DNA of 64,000 nt from an uncultured virus (IMG/VR IMGVR_UViG_3300002835_000029) (lineage: Duplodnaviria; Heunggongvirae; Uroviricota; Caudoviricetes): positions 62,001 to 126,000 of the IMG/VR virus record IMGVR_UViG_3300002835_000029; one strand, given 5' to 3'. This document shows positions 9,701 to 20,389 of the stretch, piece by piece (positions within the stretch are counted from its first letter, which is position 1; every line of letters begins with the position of its first letter). The translations under genes were made by a program, and so were the position numbers. The notes below the pieces were generated by a model. That model ran no database searches, was not told where the DNA came from, and saw only the letters and a list, made by a program, of their open reading frames with translations.

Positions 9701-11483
9701 CCCAACCTTTGGGAATAGTCACAGCACTTTGACCTAAAGTTCCATAATAGGGTAAAATCTGTTGTTCAACTTGTTTTTCAAGTGTCCATTGTTGCCAATC
9801 AGCATCGTTACCCTCACCACCGCTACGTCTACTCCTAGCGTTCACTATTCCTCTATCAGAATTAGTAGAAAAACAATACATATCAACTTCTTGTGCGCCA
9901 GTAACAAACTTATCAGTTGTAACGTTAGAAAGCTCATAACCAATATCTTGATTTTCTACATATATTCCAGCATTAGATAAGTTATCTATGTATCGTTTAA
10001 TTGCACCATAATTTGGGGGCGAGGATCTATCAATACTATCTAGTCTTATAATTCCAGCTATTAAACCACTGGGTATAGCATTTAGACCAGTAAATGAACC
10101 ACCTTGTTGGCTATTATATAAATGTTGACACGCAGGATGATTTATTACTGGCAGCAAAGAAACAAACAAGTCTCTGCTAGCGACCTCACAAACCTCAAGT
10201 GCTAAGTCTAGTAGATTTATTTGATCAAAATCTAAATAGTATAAAGGTGGTAAATTAGGGAGTCCACTAAAATCAACAACATAATTATATCCACGAAAAT
10301 TTATAGTACCACCAAATCCTTTTTTAATATATTCTTGCGGTAAAGGATATTGAATAGACATTAATGCATTCATCGCTTGAGCAAGGCGATAATATGGAAT
10401 ACCCTGAGATCCTCTTCTAGACATGCCAGTGCCAGTAAAAGGAAATGCTGACTTGGTAGCACCAAAGGCTGGGAATGGTGCATTACCAACCCAACAATCA
10501 ACAAAATCTTTTGGATATTGTTCGCCACTATAACTAACAAATCCATTTGTCGGATTTACAAACTTTTTTAACAGATTAAATCCACCAAAATATCCCATTA
10601 ATTGTCCAGAAAGTGTAGTCGAAACATTATGTTCTAAAAATCCATAGACATTAAAGATATTTTTTGTATTGAATGTACTTCCGGCATAGTTGTTCAAAAT
10701 TACTGTTACATTTGATAGTATCTCTCTTGGGTCTGTGACTTGCACAGAATATGTTGGACTCCCACCGGGGCCACGGTTTTGTATATAGGATTGCAGGATA
10801 CCACCAAATACTATGTGGCCAGATCCTCTTACATATTGATTAGTAACAGCCTGAGTAAAATTATAGATACCATTATTAGACAAATTAACATATTGATTTG
10901 CTCCCAAAGATGTAAAGTTATCTTTGTTGAAAGTTCCGCCCTGAGTTATAGATGCTGGTTGAATGGTGTTAGTTCTGTATATAGTATCAAAGGTATATCT
11001 ATAAGCTTCTTCTACCGTAGCAAAGTTTTGCCCAAATTTAAAAAATACTGGACTGCCAGCCATAGGTGGTACAAATCTATCACCAAGTCCACTATGATAA
11101 ACATCATCTCCCGCCCCCTGCGCGGTATTATCAGAGTTATTATATTCATCAGCAACTAGATCTAACGACAATGTTGAGCTACTATCACCAAAGCCACCAT
11201 TCATACTAAAATTACATATAGAAGCTCCAAGAAATGTTTGTTGAGGATATCCCCTATCATATGTATCCTTAGTCGTAGGGTCTAAAACCCAACCTCCAGT
11301 TGAAATACCTTGTGGTATAACACTACCACTATATCGGGGCCAATTAACTCCGTACCATCCACTAGATGGAATGATAGAAGAAACTTTAGAAGTGTCAGTA
11401 GGATTTAAAATTCCAGCCTGTACCCTTGGCACTGGATTTGGATTCCCGTAAATCCCCGATGTTAATTCTGATCTAGTAGTCAT
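6729..11483 (-). CDS. putative tail hub / central tail protein (1584 aa)
   Basis: Hub-like N-terminus (STLSLDLV..FGGILQSY..TYSVQVTDPREIL) and C-terminal VTNISVDVSSAGLKTTY plus coiled coil; downstream of the tape measure. Confidence 0.55.
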   Translation of the reverse strand: MTTRSELTSGIYGNPNPVPRVQAGILNPTDTSKVSSIIPSSGWYGVNWPRYSGSVIPQGISTGGWVLDPTTKDTYDRGYPQQTFLGASICNFSMNGGFGDSSSTLSLDLVADEYNNSDNTAQGAGDDVYHSGLGDRFVPPMAGSPVFFKFGQNFATVEEAYRYTFDTIYRTNTIQPASITQGGTFNKDNFTSLGANQYVNLSNNGIYNFTQAVTNQYVRGSGHIVFGGILQSYIQNRGPGGSPTYSVQVTDPREILSNVTVILNNYAGSTFNTKNIFNVYGFLEHNVSTTLSGQLMGYFGGFNLLKKFVNPTNGFVSYSGEQYPKDFVDCWVGNAPFPAFGATKSAFPFTGTGMSRRGSQGIPYYRLAQAMNALMSIQYPLPQEYIKKGFGGTINFRGYNYVVDFSGLPNLPPLYYLDFDQINLLDLALEVCEVASRDLFVSLLPVINHPACQHLYNSQQGGSFTGLNAIPSGLIAGIIRLDSIDRSSPPNYGAIKRYIDNLSNAGIYVENQDIGYELSNVTTDKFVTGAQEVDMYCFSTNSDRGIVNARSRRSGGEGNDADWQQWTLEKQVEQQILPYYGTLGQSAVTIPKGWGAYQQVLLDATTLNAKGVGAYYVTTEMELRCASVSYECWKNFLQQYNDTYLESIEDDDTFEGAALNQTPNFGGVPARSIATNYAVTVPRSVFDTYTASGSRFGQDNLPASPCNPPYGYPLYYKRMTKLGIPEGGLTKLQSRLTGFITAAATIRGADADSWEDIRNSVLAELEQINYGELTQQEQTFYTTIKNELQKNPPNLEMLNGIDEGLHKIGAVLPRLAKKGTENALKVYEFLKKIADENLGKKFLIKIPSKVNFFYDENITWNSSSNGGEYLTGPFGFKPRPVTSGIYEEFSADFKNGYIAKRDNSKNSINSFLTSGIDTKQDDYVGALKVNFNPIADKYEFNYSPSNLGGYFPFDLYTNTLSYKDIQKLPPSVQPKAVFQQLIPQDASNFIDENGRLSAYVRFDHSQHLTLNSMNAEDFTQQLITARGMIPDLCEFLDNVGEDVWTSFNDADASRRDNNPSASKQCLFVKCNVDEKFYLAPKLGFRPIQIFGGSTTQKSKVSRPRKIFIPCSGWKAGSSPQTRTRSDLIPGTGCYIDSYNFIEYNYSPTIAGGDTINRLDYDRPYSTELNSHIVNTSLESLDTRFVYALITLPNKVLPTKDSRYRDAVGQEGDTKSVKHYLTMDVVKGLPEFGDIAYANEATQGANNITAFPSEIASRAWLAAKKAKYAMQFGFPYQIQMSAPSPVYPDLVVLPLMSHERCYGPWISSQVDPQSNAYVNVGGRVEFIKDENLAPWNYSGYELMNGAGILQAQFANSLLLFSERGGFTFPGIPNRSLCQALENGGPLVTNISVDVSSAGLKTTYKLDLYTSSFGKLQKQKQDMISKISRERQKLRDERNALIRKGIGKSQSSINTVGAANLFGNNGTPMRTPQMNNYIVASVNEYESQVYAPLLQNYSNFGDGPSSQGEGVVDHGFAVGNTSETDLLDSMNYFAGEKGNLLYNNRSYKTGGASYDQIFSPYSEEYNPNMPNFLNINPNTRRGFYES

Positions 11484-11893
11484 GTTCTATATTGCCTAGT
11501 ATAAATTTCAAATCTAAAATTTGCTTTGACTAAATTGTTAAATACATTAAATCTAGCTGGTGGTGATACAACATTAGTTATACCCGCCCCAGTTAAAGCT
11601 CCACCAAGGCTACCACCAGCACCAACAGGAGCATAATGTATATAGTCATTGTAAGCAGTAAAATTAGTTATACCGCTAACAGTAGAAGCATAGCCATTTG
11701 ATACTCCAGTAGTAGCAAAAATTAATCCGTTTGGAGTTAGAGGGCTTGGAGGTCTAGTTACTGATACACTATCATATGTATATCCATGAGTCACACCAGA
11801 TATATTATCCATCAATTGCCGAGATATTTTTCTATCTCCTGCGGGTACAAGTTCAGATGGATTTATATTAGTATTTTCAGATCTTGTTGGCAT
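11480..11893 (-). CDS. hypothetical tail-region protein
   Basis: ATGA overlap with the hub-like gene; AGGTAGG upstream. Confidence 0.6.
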   Translation of the reverse strand: MPTRSENTNINPSELVPAGDRKISRQLMDNISGVTHGYTYDSVSVTRPPSPLTPNGLIFATTGVSNGYASTVSGITNFTAYNDYIHYAPVGAGGSLGGALTGAGITNVVSPPARFNVFNNLVKANFRFEIYTRQYRT

Positions 11894-11897
11894 TTTA

Positions 11898-13748
11898 TTA
11901 CCTACCTACCTCATAAGTCCAATTGATTTGTAATGAATATCTTCCGGTGCTTGGATCCCAAGTTTCTGATGGCGGGCTAACGAAATATTTTCTTATATTA
12001 GCTTCTTGTACTGGACTATACGCATGAATGATAGAATTAATTTGACCCTTAAAAGGTTCGTTTAAACTTGGTTTTGATAAAACGGATTGTTGTCTTATCC
12101 TATTAACTAAAGAGCCATTTCCAGAAGTATAATATTTGTCCATCACCAATTCTATACTTAAATTTCTTTGATACTCTGTTCTTCCGCCGACATATTGTAA
12201 TACTGGCCCGTGTTGTCTTCCAATAACTGGTATAACAGCAAAAACATCACCCGGATATGTGTCGCTGCAAGTTATACTTTCTGATAAAGTGCCACTTACT
12301 ACATTTTGAAGTCTTGTGTCATATTCAACATTGTAATCTATTTCACCCGTGAATTCATTAGAAGATAATGATATTGATAAAGGTATATAATTCAGCGGCA
12401 AGTGCATTAAGGCTTGTGCGCGTCTAAATAAATAACAGTTTGGCCCATAAACTCCAGTATTACTCACTTGATTCCATTTGTATCTTGCATTTTCGTGAGC
12501 GGTGTTTAGTGGAGCGTTTCCATATTGAGTTGCTGTGCTTGTATTAGAGCCGCCGTATTGTGTTGATCCAGCATGTACGCTAGACAAGCCCTTTATTTTT
12601 CCGTCTATGCTAACTTTATGTAATGCGTTATCATAACTTTTTGATACTGATAGATTATAGTTTTCATAAGCATTGCCACTTGACATTAACCAAGTATCAT
12701 TTATGGTAACAGTTCCAGCCGTGGTATCTATAGATTCAGTTCTTAAATGATTATATCCTCCCCAAATATCTTTAGCAATATTAAGATATCCACTTCCAAA
12801 ATATGGGCCTAAAGTATATTCTGGAAATTGTTCATATCCAGTAGAGTTGTTTGTTGAAATATTATCTTGATCTTTTAAAACTGTATTATATATGTATTGC
12901 TTTGCTTGCTCCCAAGCCTCTCTTCTTTTAATTACCTTTGAACCATTTTCTGAATAATACATTGTGCGGCCAGTTGCGGTTATATTACGAGTCACTCTAT
13001 ATGTTCTGAGTGATCCTATATGATTAGTTGGTAAAGCTGTCGTAATTGGGGCGGCGGTATTAGTTGTTCCGTTGCCTTCCTCTACTTCTATAGACCAACT
13101 TTCGCTATAGTCTTCAACAAAACCGCTGGCATTTAACGCATTTACAATTTTCAAATTTCTATCATTGGCTCTTATTGGAATTCTATCCGAACCCGTTGGC
13201 CATATTGTAGAATTGGTAATACCGTCTGATATTATATTGTTAGAGTTGTCTAATAATACTTCTGCACGTAAATTAATAGTATATTTGCAATTGGTAACAT
13301 AAATACCTTCTTCAAAAGAAATAGACTGTACTGTGGGGTGAAACTTCAAAACGGGATTATCCGTCATTGCACTGTCTGATTCGGTTCTTACACTAACTGG
13401 TAATAATTCAACAAGTTGACCGTCACGCTTAAACAACTCTCTAAGTAAATTCTGCTTATGAATAATAGAACTCATATAATTATCAAAATGTACTGCTTCT
13501 TTTGGCGGCGTTGAGTAGAGTGAAGAAAACGCCGACTGTACTGTAGCTGGAGAGTTGTGGTTTGCAGAACCGCCGCCAGTTACATAAAACGGGGAACCTT
13601 CGTCTGGGAGAATAGTGCCATTTAAAGTGATATCGTAATAACTACCAAGCATACCAGCCTTATTCCTAATAACATTTTGAGTTATAGAAATAAGCGGAGT
13701 GGGCCTAAGAATGCAGGCTGTAGCTTCATCATAATAAATAGCTAGCAT
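11898..13748 (-). CDS. putative distal-tail/baseplate protein (616 aa)
   Basis: Repeated tube-like beta segments (YDITLNGTI, VQSISFEEG..KYTINL, YSESWSIE..YRVTRNITATG); position before the hub-like gene. Confidence 0.45.
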   Translation of the reverse strand: MLAIYYDEATACILRPTPLISITQNVIRNKAGMLGSYYDITLNGTILPDEGSPFYVTGGGSANHNSPATVQSAFSSLYSTPPKEAVHFDNYMSSIIHKQNLLRELFKRDGQLVELLPVSVRTESDSAMTDNPVLKFHPTVQSISFEEGIYVTNCKYTINLRAEVLLDNSNNIISDGITNSTIWPTGSDRIPIRANDRNLKIVNALNASGFVEDYSESWSIEVEEGNGTTNTAAPITTALPTNHIGSLRTYRVTRNITATGRTMYYSENGSKVIKRREAWEQAKQYIYNTVLKDQDNISTNNSTGYEQFPEYTLGPYFGSGYLNIAKDIWGGYNHLRTESIDTTAGTVTINDTWLMSSGNAYENYNLSVSKSYDNALHKVSIDGKIKGLSSVHAGSTQYGGSNTSTATQYGNAPLNTAHENARYKWNQVSNTGVYGPNCYLFRRAQALMHLPLNYIPLSISLSSNEFTGEIDYNVEYDTRLQNVVSGTLSESITCSDTYPGDVFAVIPVIGRQHGPVLQYVGGRTEYQRNLSIELVMDKYYTSGNGSLVNRIRQQSVLSKPSLNEPFKGQINSIIHAYSPVQEANIRKYFVSPPSETWDPSTGRYSLQINWTYEVGR

Positions 13749-16700
13749 TATTTACCTCTTATACTTAAGTTAAGATTGTCGTTTTGACTTCCTGTCCCGC
13801 TAGAATACAAATTCAAGTACTCAAGAGATACCCCGGATGGGGGTTCTATAAATAGAGGCAATCCAGATGGATATGTAGAAATATCACCAGATTTTACCTC
13901 ACTATACAATCCTACAGTATTATACACATATGCAGAATTTTCCACATTTATAGTTAATGGCATTTGAGAGCTTGGGGATATATATCCGCCGCTAACATAC
14001 AGAGGTGTAGCAACCTCCATAAGCTTGCCGTATTGGTAATACCCATAAACAGATTCAATATATGGTCTATGAGATATGAAGCCTTTTGTTGACGGGTCTT
14101 GACCAGAAACTTCTATAAATAAAGTTCCATTTTCATTTGCAATAACAATGCCACTTGCATAATATTTTTTACTATCTCCAATATTATTAAAATCTAATGT
14201 GACTGTTGGATCTCCATTAGCATCCCTATTACCAAACACTTTGGCAGATATCCAAGCAGAACTACTTGGTATAGAAGGCTTTTGTGATCTAAGCATGATA
14301 TCTTTTGCATACGATGCCCCTACATTAATTTTGGAAACTCCAGATGCAAATCCACATCCAGCAAATATACAATAATCAGCATCAGTTCTGTATGGCCTAG
14401 TAATATATACATTATTTCCAAATCTCTCTCCACTTCCATTAAAGTATTTTGCTACGTTTGGATTAGATGGATTAGATACAAGTTTTTCTACAAGAGTCCA
14501 AGATTGTTTTTTATTTTCCCAATCTGTAATCTTATTCTCATAAACGTAAACTGCTCCAGCGTTTTTATTATAAGCATTATTTACATTCAAGCTATTTCTA
14601 ACTCCAGAATATCCAAGATCATAAACTTTCAAGTCTGGAATATCAAATTGTGGATTAAAGTTCTTTCTAGAAAATGATCCATTGTTATAAATAAAATCAT
14701 AGTAATTTCCATAACTGTGATTAGGTGAGCCAACCACTATAACATCATTCTGTATATCTACCGAATGGCCAAACTGGTCAGAATAAATTCCTACTCCACT
14801 TAACTGTCCCATGAGTGATTGTGGTCTAAATTTATTAGAATTAACCCATTTACTATCAGAAGACTTTTCAAACATATAAACAGCACCAGCACCACCATCT
14901 GATCCTAAACGTAATGAAACATTATTACTCCACGGTGTTATTGTTTCTGAATTAAATGCAGAAAATGGGGAGCCAACTAAAATCTTTTTTCCTTTTACGG
15001 CAATGGAATATCCAAATAAATCTCCGGGGTATCCAGATGGAAATTTATCAAGATCAAGATAATCATAACCTTTGTCTTTCAAGATTTGAGGAACTCCACC
15101 TATTACAGTAGCATCAGAGTAAGAAACCCCATCTATAATACCACTTATTCTTGATACAGCAGAGTGTTGAAATTGTTGTGGTAAAAATCCACTTATAAAT
15201 TGATTTTTAATTTCTTCTACTTTCTTAGGATCTATTTCATCTTCCCAAGGAAGTTTGGGTCTAGTAACATATTTAGGAATATATTTTGATTCATTACCAT
15301 TTATAGGCGCAGAAGGAGCATTAATAAAATTACCAAAATTCTTATTTAATCCAAGATTTGTTGCTCGGGAATGATATTTAGTTGGGCTTCCGCGTTCTGG
15401 AGATATAAGTTTATTATAGACATCAACTTGTCTTCCAGATCTTTCTGAGAAAAAATAAGTCTCTGGATACAAACTTCTAATAAAATCGTAAGTACTCTTT
15501 ACTATTGTTTCATTTTCATCAATTAAATATCTACCCTGCACAATACTAGAATCTGTTATTACAGTGACTCTTGATCTTGCAAATCCGGCTTCAAAAGATG
15601 AAAATATTTCTAGCTCTTGGGCCGCTACTACTGGACCATCTTCTATTAATTGATTACCTAAAAACTCACATCCAGATTTACAGTATTTTGTATTATCTGT
15701 ACTTATTGTTCTAACAACATCTATTATCTCTCTACTTTCATCTATTGGGTCAGATATTCTATAAAGAAATCCTCCAACTGGTATTTGAACAGTGGATGTA
15801 GTAATTTTTTCATATACTGGAATTGGTACGCCAGATATACCTAATAATCTTACGCTCTTTGGAACATAATCACTTTTCAGTCTAGGTGACACACATGAAA
15901 TATAAATGTTAATATTATTAGTATCACCAACTTGAATATCTTTAAAAATTGGAGAGTTACATTTCAAACTATAAAATGAGGTAGTAATATTTTTGGAGTC
16001 GAATGTTTCTCTATTACTATCTAGCTCTGGTATAAATGCGGATGATAAATCTGGATACGGCATCTTTGGGAACAAAGAAGCATTTTCTACATCTATTGTT
16101 AAATTTACTGTTTCTGAAGTATCTAGAGCTTCAGAGTTGATAAATAATCTATATCCCGATCCCGGTAAAACTGGAACATTTAATTTTACTATACCGGCAT
16201 TAACATCCCAATTATTATTGTTATATTCTTTAGGAATGTAATCATAAATTGGACTGTCAAGATATGCTAAAGGGATAGCATTTTCATTAAGCTTAAATGC
16301 ATAAAACGAAAGACCGCCACAATTAAATGATGATAAACTCGTAATTAATTTGGGGTTTGGATCTTCGATATTTCTAAAAATCGTTCTTACATTTGTAAAA
16401 TTATTACCACCAATTCTGTGATTTTGATTTATGGTTAAAGATCCAAAACCGACAGAAATATTATCGTTGTAATAATTGGTAAGTAACTCTAAATTTATTT
16501 CTAAAGTTTCACATAGCTTTTGGGCTTCTTTTATGCTAGACAGAGTATTTTCACACGTTATAATCAAGCGTTTATTCCCAAATGATAACCATTCAGTTAA
16601 ATTTTGCATATTGTCACTTGATGGTTGCCCATTGATGCCCGGAAGAAAAGCTACATTGTATGTGCTATTTAATACAGATACATTTTGTTCAAGATTATTT

Positions 16701-19700
16701 CCAATTTGTAAAGCACCTTTTGCCTGAGAATATGGGTATGCATCAGAGAAAAATTGCCTACCATTCCAATTCAATTGAGCTATCTTAGATTCTTTGAACC
16801 TAGTCTCAGAAGATGATGCTAAATTTTGATAAAACAAAATATTGGCATCTCCAGCACCCTCTGCAAACTTAGATTCAATTTCAAAATTTGCTATAATATC
16901 TATCTTAGAAGATGTTTGTTTCTTGTAAGAATATTCTACAGCAAAATAGCCCCTATCTGAGATTTGCTCTTTGTATAAATATGGAACTACATCTATCTTT
17001 GCAATACCTTTAGCTTGCAATAATCCACCAAGATCATCTAATGGTTTATAGAATAATTCAGTATTTTGCCTATTAGTTATATTGTACTCTATAGAATTAT
17101 AGTCAATCCCTTCTTGACTATTTAGACCATAAGAAAAACTAGTTTCAGCACCATCATCTGGACTACCAAATTCATGTATGATAGAGTTAGAAGAAATATC
17201 TTCATATATAATTTCATATCCCGAAGATGCCGGTACTGCTGGATATATAATTTCTTGTCTTACTTTTTCTGCGGCGACTAGTATTGGAATTGGCTCTTGA
17301 TTTTTTGTTGGTTTAGATTCAAAAGCTACGTCATCACAGTCTGGCGTATAAGAACCAAAAATAAGAGGCCAATTATGAGAATATATAACTGGAACCAATG
17401 TACCATTTGGTGTTGATTTACAGCACAACTCATTCCAAGATGCTCTTAAATCTCCATAATTTCTTAGTGGCATTTCGCATCGTGTTTGAATTTGCTGCGA
17501 CTCCAATTCTAAACTACAACCCGGAACTGGTTTGCAAGACATTTGCTCATCATAACTAAAAAATACTTTTATATCTGCAACGCCGCTCGCCCTTGCTGGT
17601 GATCTATTAACATAAGTATATGTAGATCCCTGTGGAATAACTGATGGAACAATATTGTTGAATGATGTATATCCACTTGGCAGCGATTCATAGTGATTTC
17701 TTGCTGGAACTATCCTCATCCTAGACTGAAGCCTGTCCAACAAATTATTTAAAATTTCATTAGACTTACCGTAAATCCCACTTGCTTCCCATATAGGATC
17801 ATTTGCCACAAGAACTAAATTTCTATCACCAAGTGCTAACCAATTCTTGATATTATTTACAACTTCATCACTCAACGCATTTACTGCTGGGGTAATAATA
17901 AAAACTAAACCCGCATCATTCGGAATTTCAGAGTTATCAAAATCAGTCTTAGTAAAGTTTTTATCAGAAAAAATTTGTGATATATAATGAAAATGTCCAG
18001 AGTCGGCTGTGTTATTGCTAATATTTTCATGTAGGTTTCCAAATCTACCGTACTCAATAGCGCGATTATGTGGATAATATTTTCTAGATTCAAATACATG
18101 AGCAGATCCAGCATATAAACTAGAAGACCACGATGAGTTTACTGGACCAGTTATAAGTCCACTTGGATCAACATATCCAGTTCCATAATATTTACCTTTG
18201 AAGCTAGAGTTATATGCATAATATACATCTGCATCGTTGTAAAAATTTAAACTATCGGTTGGCGCACCAGCTACAATAACACTACCATCCTCATTAGTAG
18301 CCACACTATAACCAAGTCTGGGTGTTGGAGCATGTTCAGCGGCTATGAATGACCATGATCCTACCGGTTGCATTGAGCTATGTTCATATGTATATATATT
18401 TTGATATTCTTCTATCCCCATATCTAGTCTAGATTGAAATTTATCATCTTGATCTATAGATAAATAAAGAGCTTTTATATCATCTAATCTGGAAGGTGAT
18501 TTGTAATATTTTTCTAATGGTATTGCATATTTTTCTGAACGATTGGATTGTATCCACGCTGGAAGCCCATAATAGAACATATCTCTAGCCGCATAATTTC
18601 TTTCATAGGCCATAACAGCTTGATTGATATAAGGTGATCCTATAACAATAACTTCGCCATTATCACTAATTGCAACATCATGACCAAATCTATCATTATA
18701 TTCACGGGTTACATTTGGTGAATTTATGGCTTGTATTAAATTCCAGCATCCACTCTCTTTTTCAAAGATGAATACTTTACCGCCACTATCTGGAGGAATG
18801 TTGAAATCTTTATCATTTCCATTGAATGTTCCAACACTGTTGGAAAAAAATCTTACTTGATCATTTTTGAATAAATTGCCAGTATCTAATACCTCATTTA
18901 AGATAGACTTAGACATATTAATCCAGTTGCTATCAGAGTTTTCGGATATTATTTCATAAACAAAGCCAGATGATGGAACATTATAAAAATCCTTAAGGCC
19001 ACTGGCAAAACTATAACTTTTGTAAAAATCAATAAATCTATCAATCGCTGGCTCTAAAGCTTCTCTACCGCCCATGGAAAGACTGCCATCAATACACATT
19101 CCTATCATCGGAGGAATACCACTGTTCAAATTGTTCGAATATGGAAAAGCCTCTAAAAAAGCTGATCTTATACCATCTAAAGTACCAGAAATAGATTCTT
19201 CTGATACCGGATAACCATAGTTTTTACTTATACGTTTTAAAGTTATGAAATCTGGTTTGTCGGGGAATACTGGATCGTCTGCATCTAATCCTAGCGTTGG
19301 CACACAAATCATTATTTTAACATCAAATTTCACCCTTGGGTCAGAAAAATAATAAAATACCTCATCTTTACCATATATATGTAATAGTATATCTTGATAT
19401 GTTATTTTTCTTAATGGATTATCAGGCACTGGTGCTGGAATAACACTTTCAAATTCATCAGTAAAAATAAATAATCCAACGGACACTCCAGATATTGGTA
19501 TTTCCTCAAAGGTTCTATCCCATTTAGCACCAACGCCGCCAACAACAAGAATTTCTTGCTTATTTTCGCCAAGTGATTTTCTGCTATTATTTACTGATAG
19601 ATCTAAAGAATGTCCGAATTGCCTTCCGTTTTGTCCAACAAACCATGAAGTTCTGATACCTTTAAAATCTGATGATAATCCACCAATCCCCACTTCTTCT

Positions 19701-20389
19701 TTTTTGTAATAATCTCCAATGAATCCAGACGGAAGAGTAAGCTGTGTTTCTAAAACCCAATCAGATTTATAATTGTTTATTGGCCAATCAATAGTAAAAG
19801 GTCTAGGATTTCTTCTATATAAGAAAACAGAACCAGCGTCTTTGTAAGTTATATTTTGCGATGTTATAGATAACTTGGGACACCCAATGGCTAGTAAATC
19901 ACTTTTAGAAGCTATTGATTTACCAAACTGTCCACTACTCTCAATATTATCAGCTAATCTAAAACCGGCATAGTCATTAGTAATTCCATAATTTTCATTT
20001 TTGTTATATTCCATCTCTATAATTTCTGTTGGAATATTTATTGCGCTAGATGATCCAGACTTGCCCGTTATGTTAATTGTATATGGCAAATTTGGGGCTA
20101 GTCCTGTATATTTTCTAATCCCATAGAAATGACCACTATATGGCATGGGGTTGTAACTTACATCAAGTAATTCAGTACGAATAGGATTGTTATCTTCTGT
20201 AGAAACAGATAATCCATCTTCTGTACTTATATAATTGACAGAAGTGAGAGTATGCTTAAATGAACCGCTTGGAAATGTCAAGTTGGTATATGTATTTTTA
20301 GCTCTAAATACGCCACCGTCTACACAAATTTCTGGATAATACCACCTAATGCCGTGAATATCCACTATAGCTTCTGTACAACGATTCAT
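13748..20389 (-). CDS. giant tail protein with FG-GAP beta-propeller blades and inserted domains (2213 aa)
   Basis: Blades QFGKSIA..LAIGCP, QFGHSLD, RFGHDVAIS..IVIGSP, RLGYSVA..IVAGAP, LFGYSIA..ILVGSP, QFGHSVD..IVVGSP, with AG(S/A)V(F/Y) partner strands. Confidence 0.75.
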   Translation of the reverse strand: MNRCTEAIVDIHGIRWYYPEICVDGGVFRAKNTYTNLTFPSGSFKHTLTSVNYISTEDGLSVSTEDNNPIRTELLDVSYNPMPYSGHFYGIRKYTGLAPNLPYTINITGKSGSSSAINIPTEIIEMEYNKNENYGITNDYAGFRLADNIESSGQFGKSIASKSDLLAIGCPKLSITSQNITYKDAGSVFLYRRNPRPFTIDWPINNYKSDWVLETQLTLPSGFIGDYYKKEEVGIGGLSSDFKGIRTSWFVGQNGRQFGHSLDLSVNNSRKSLGENKQEILVVGGVGAKWDRTFEEIPISGVSVGLFIFTDEFESVIPAPVPDNPLRKITYQDILLHIYGKDEVFYYFSDPRVKFDVKIMICVPTLGLDADDPVFPDKPDFITLKRISKNYGYPVSEESISGTLDGIRSAFLEAFPYSNNLNSGIPPMIGMCIDGSLSMGGREALEPAIDRFIDFYKSYSFASGLKDFYNVPSSGFVYEIISENSDSNWINMSKSILNEVLDTGNLFKNDQVRFFSNSVGTFNGNDKDFNIPPDSGGKVFIFEKESGCWNLIQAINSPNVTREYNDRFGHDVAISDNGEVIVIGSPYINQAVMAYERNYAARDMFYYGLPAWIQSNRSEKYAIPLEKYYKSPSRLDDIKALYLSIDQDDKFQSRLDMGIEEYQNIYTYEHSSMQPVGSWSFIAAEHAPTPRLGYSVATNEDGSVIVAGAPTDSLNFYNDADVYYAYNSSFKGKYYGTGYVDPSGLITGPVNSSWSSSLYAGSAHVFESRKYYPHNRAIEYGRFGNLHENISNNTADSGHFHYISQIFSDKNFTKTDFDNSEIPNDAGLVFIITPAVNALSDEVVNNIKNWLALGDRNLVLVANDPIWEASGIYGKSNEILNNLLDRLQSRMRIVPARNHYESLPSGYTSFNNIVPSVIPQGSTYTYVNRSPARASGVADIKVFFSYDEQMSCKPVPGCSLELESQQIQTRCEMPLRNYGDLRASWNELCCKSTPNGTLVPVIYSHNWPLIFGSYTPDCDDVAFESKPTKNQEPIPILVAAEKVRQEIIYPAVPASSGYEIIYEDISSNSIIHEFGSPDDGAETSFSYGLNSQEGIDYNSIEYNITNRQNTELFYKPLDDLGGLLQAKGIAKIDVVPYLYKEQISDRGYFAVEYSYKKQTSSKIDIIANFEIESKFAEGAGDANILFYQNLASSSETRFKESKIAQLNWNGRQFFSDAYPYSQAKGALQIGNNLEQNVSVLNSTYNVAFLPGINGQPSSDNMQNLTEWLSFGNKRLIITCENTLSSIKEAQKLCETLEINLELLTNYYNDNISVGFGSLTINQNHRIGGNNFTNVRTIFRNIEDPNPKLITSLSSFNCGGLSFYAFKLNENAIPLAYLDSPIYDYIPKEYNNNNWDVNAGIVKLNVPVLPGSGYRLFINSEALDTSETVNLTIDVENASLFPKMPYPDLSSAFIPELDSNRETFDSKNITTSFYSLKCNSPIFKDIQVGDTNNINIYISCVSPRLKSDYVPKSVRLLGISGVPIPVYEKITTSTVQIPVGGFLYRISDPIDESREIIDVVRTISTDNTKYCKSGCEFLGNQLIEDGPVVAAQELEIFSSFEAGFARSRVTVITDSSIVQGRYLIDENETIVKSTYDFIRSLYPETYFFSERSGRQVDVYNKLISPERGSPTKYHSRATNLGLNKNFGNFINAPSAPINGNESKYIPKYVTRPKLPWEDEIDPKKVEEIKNQFISGFLPQQFQHSAVSRISGIIDGVSYSDATVIGGVPQILKDKGYDYLDLDKFPSGYPGDLFGYSIAVKGKKILVGSPFSAFNSETITPWSNNVSLRLGSDGGAGAVYMFEKSSDSKWVNSNKFRPQSLMGQLSGVGIYSDQFGHSVDIQNDVIVVGSPNHSYGNYYDFIYNNGSFSRKNFNPQFDIPDLKVYDLGYSGVRNSLNVNNAYNKNAGAVYVYENKITDWENKKQSWTLVEKLVSNPSNPNVAKYFNGSGERFGNNVYITRPYRTDADYCIFAGCGFASGVSKINVGASYAKDIMLRSQKPSIPSSSAWISAKVFGNRDANGDPTVTLDFNNIGDSKKYYASGIVIANENGTLFIEVSGQDPSTKGFISHRPYIESVYGYYQYGKLMEVATPLYVSGGYISPSSQMPLTINVENSAYVYNTVGLYSEVKSGDISTYPSGLPLFIEPPSGVSLEYLNLYSSGTGSQNDNLNLSIRGK

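Noticed and set aside
13918..13927. Intragenic GTGTATAAT copies (also near 32230 and 50590)
   Set aside because: Inside coding sequence (V-Y-N codons) and far from start codons; likely chance in AT-rich DNA.
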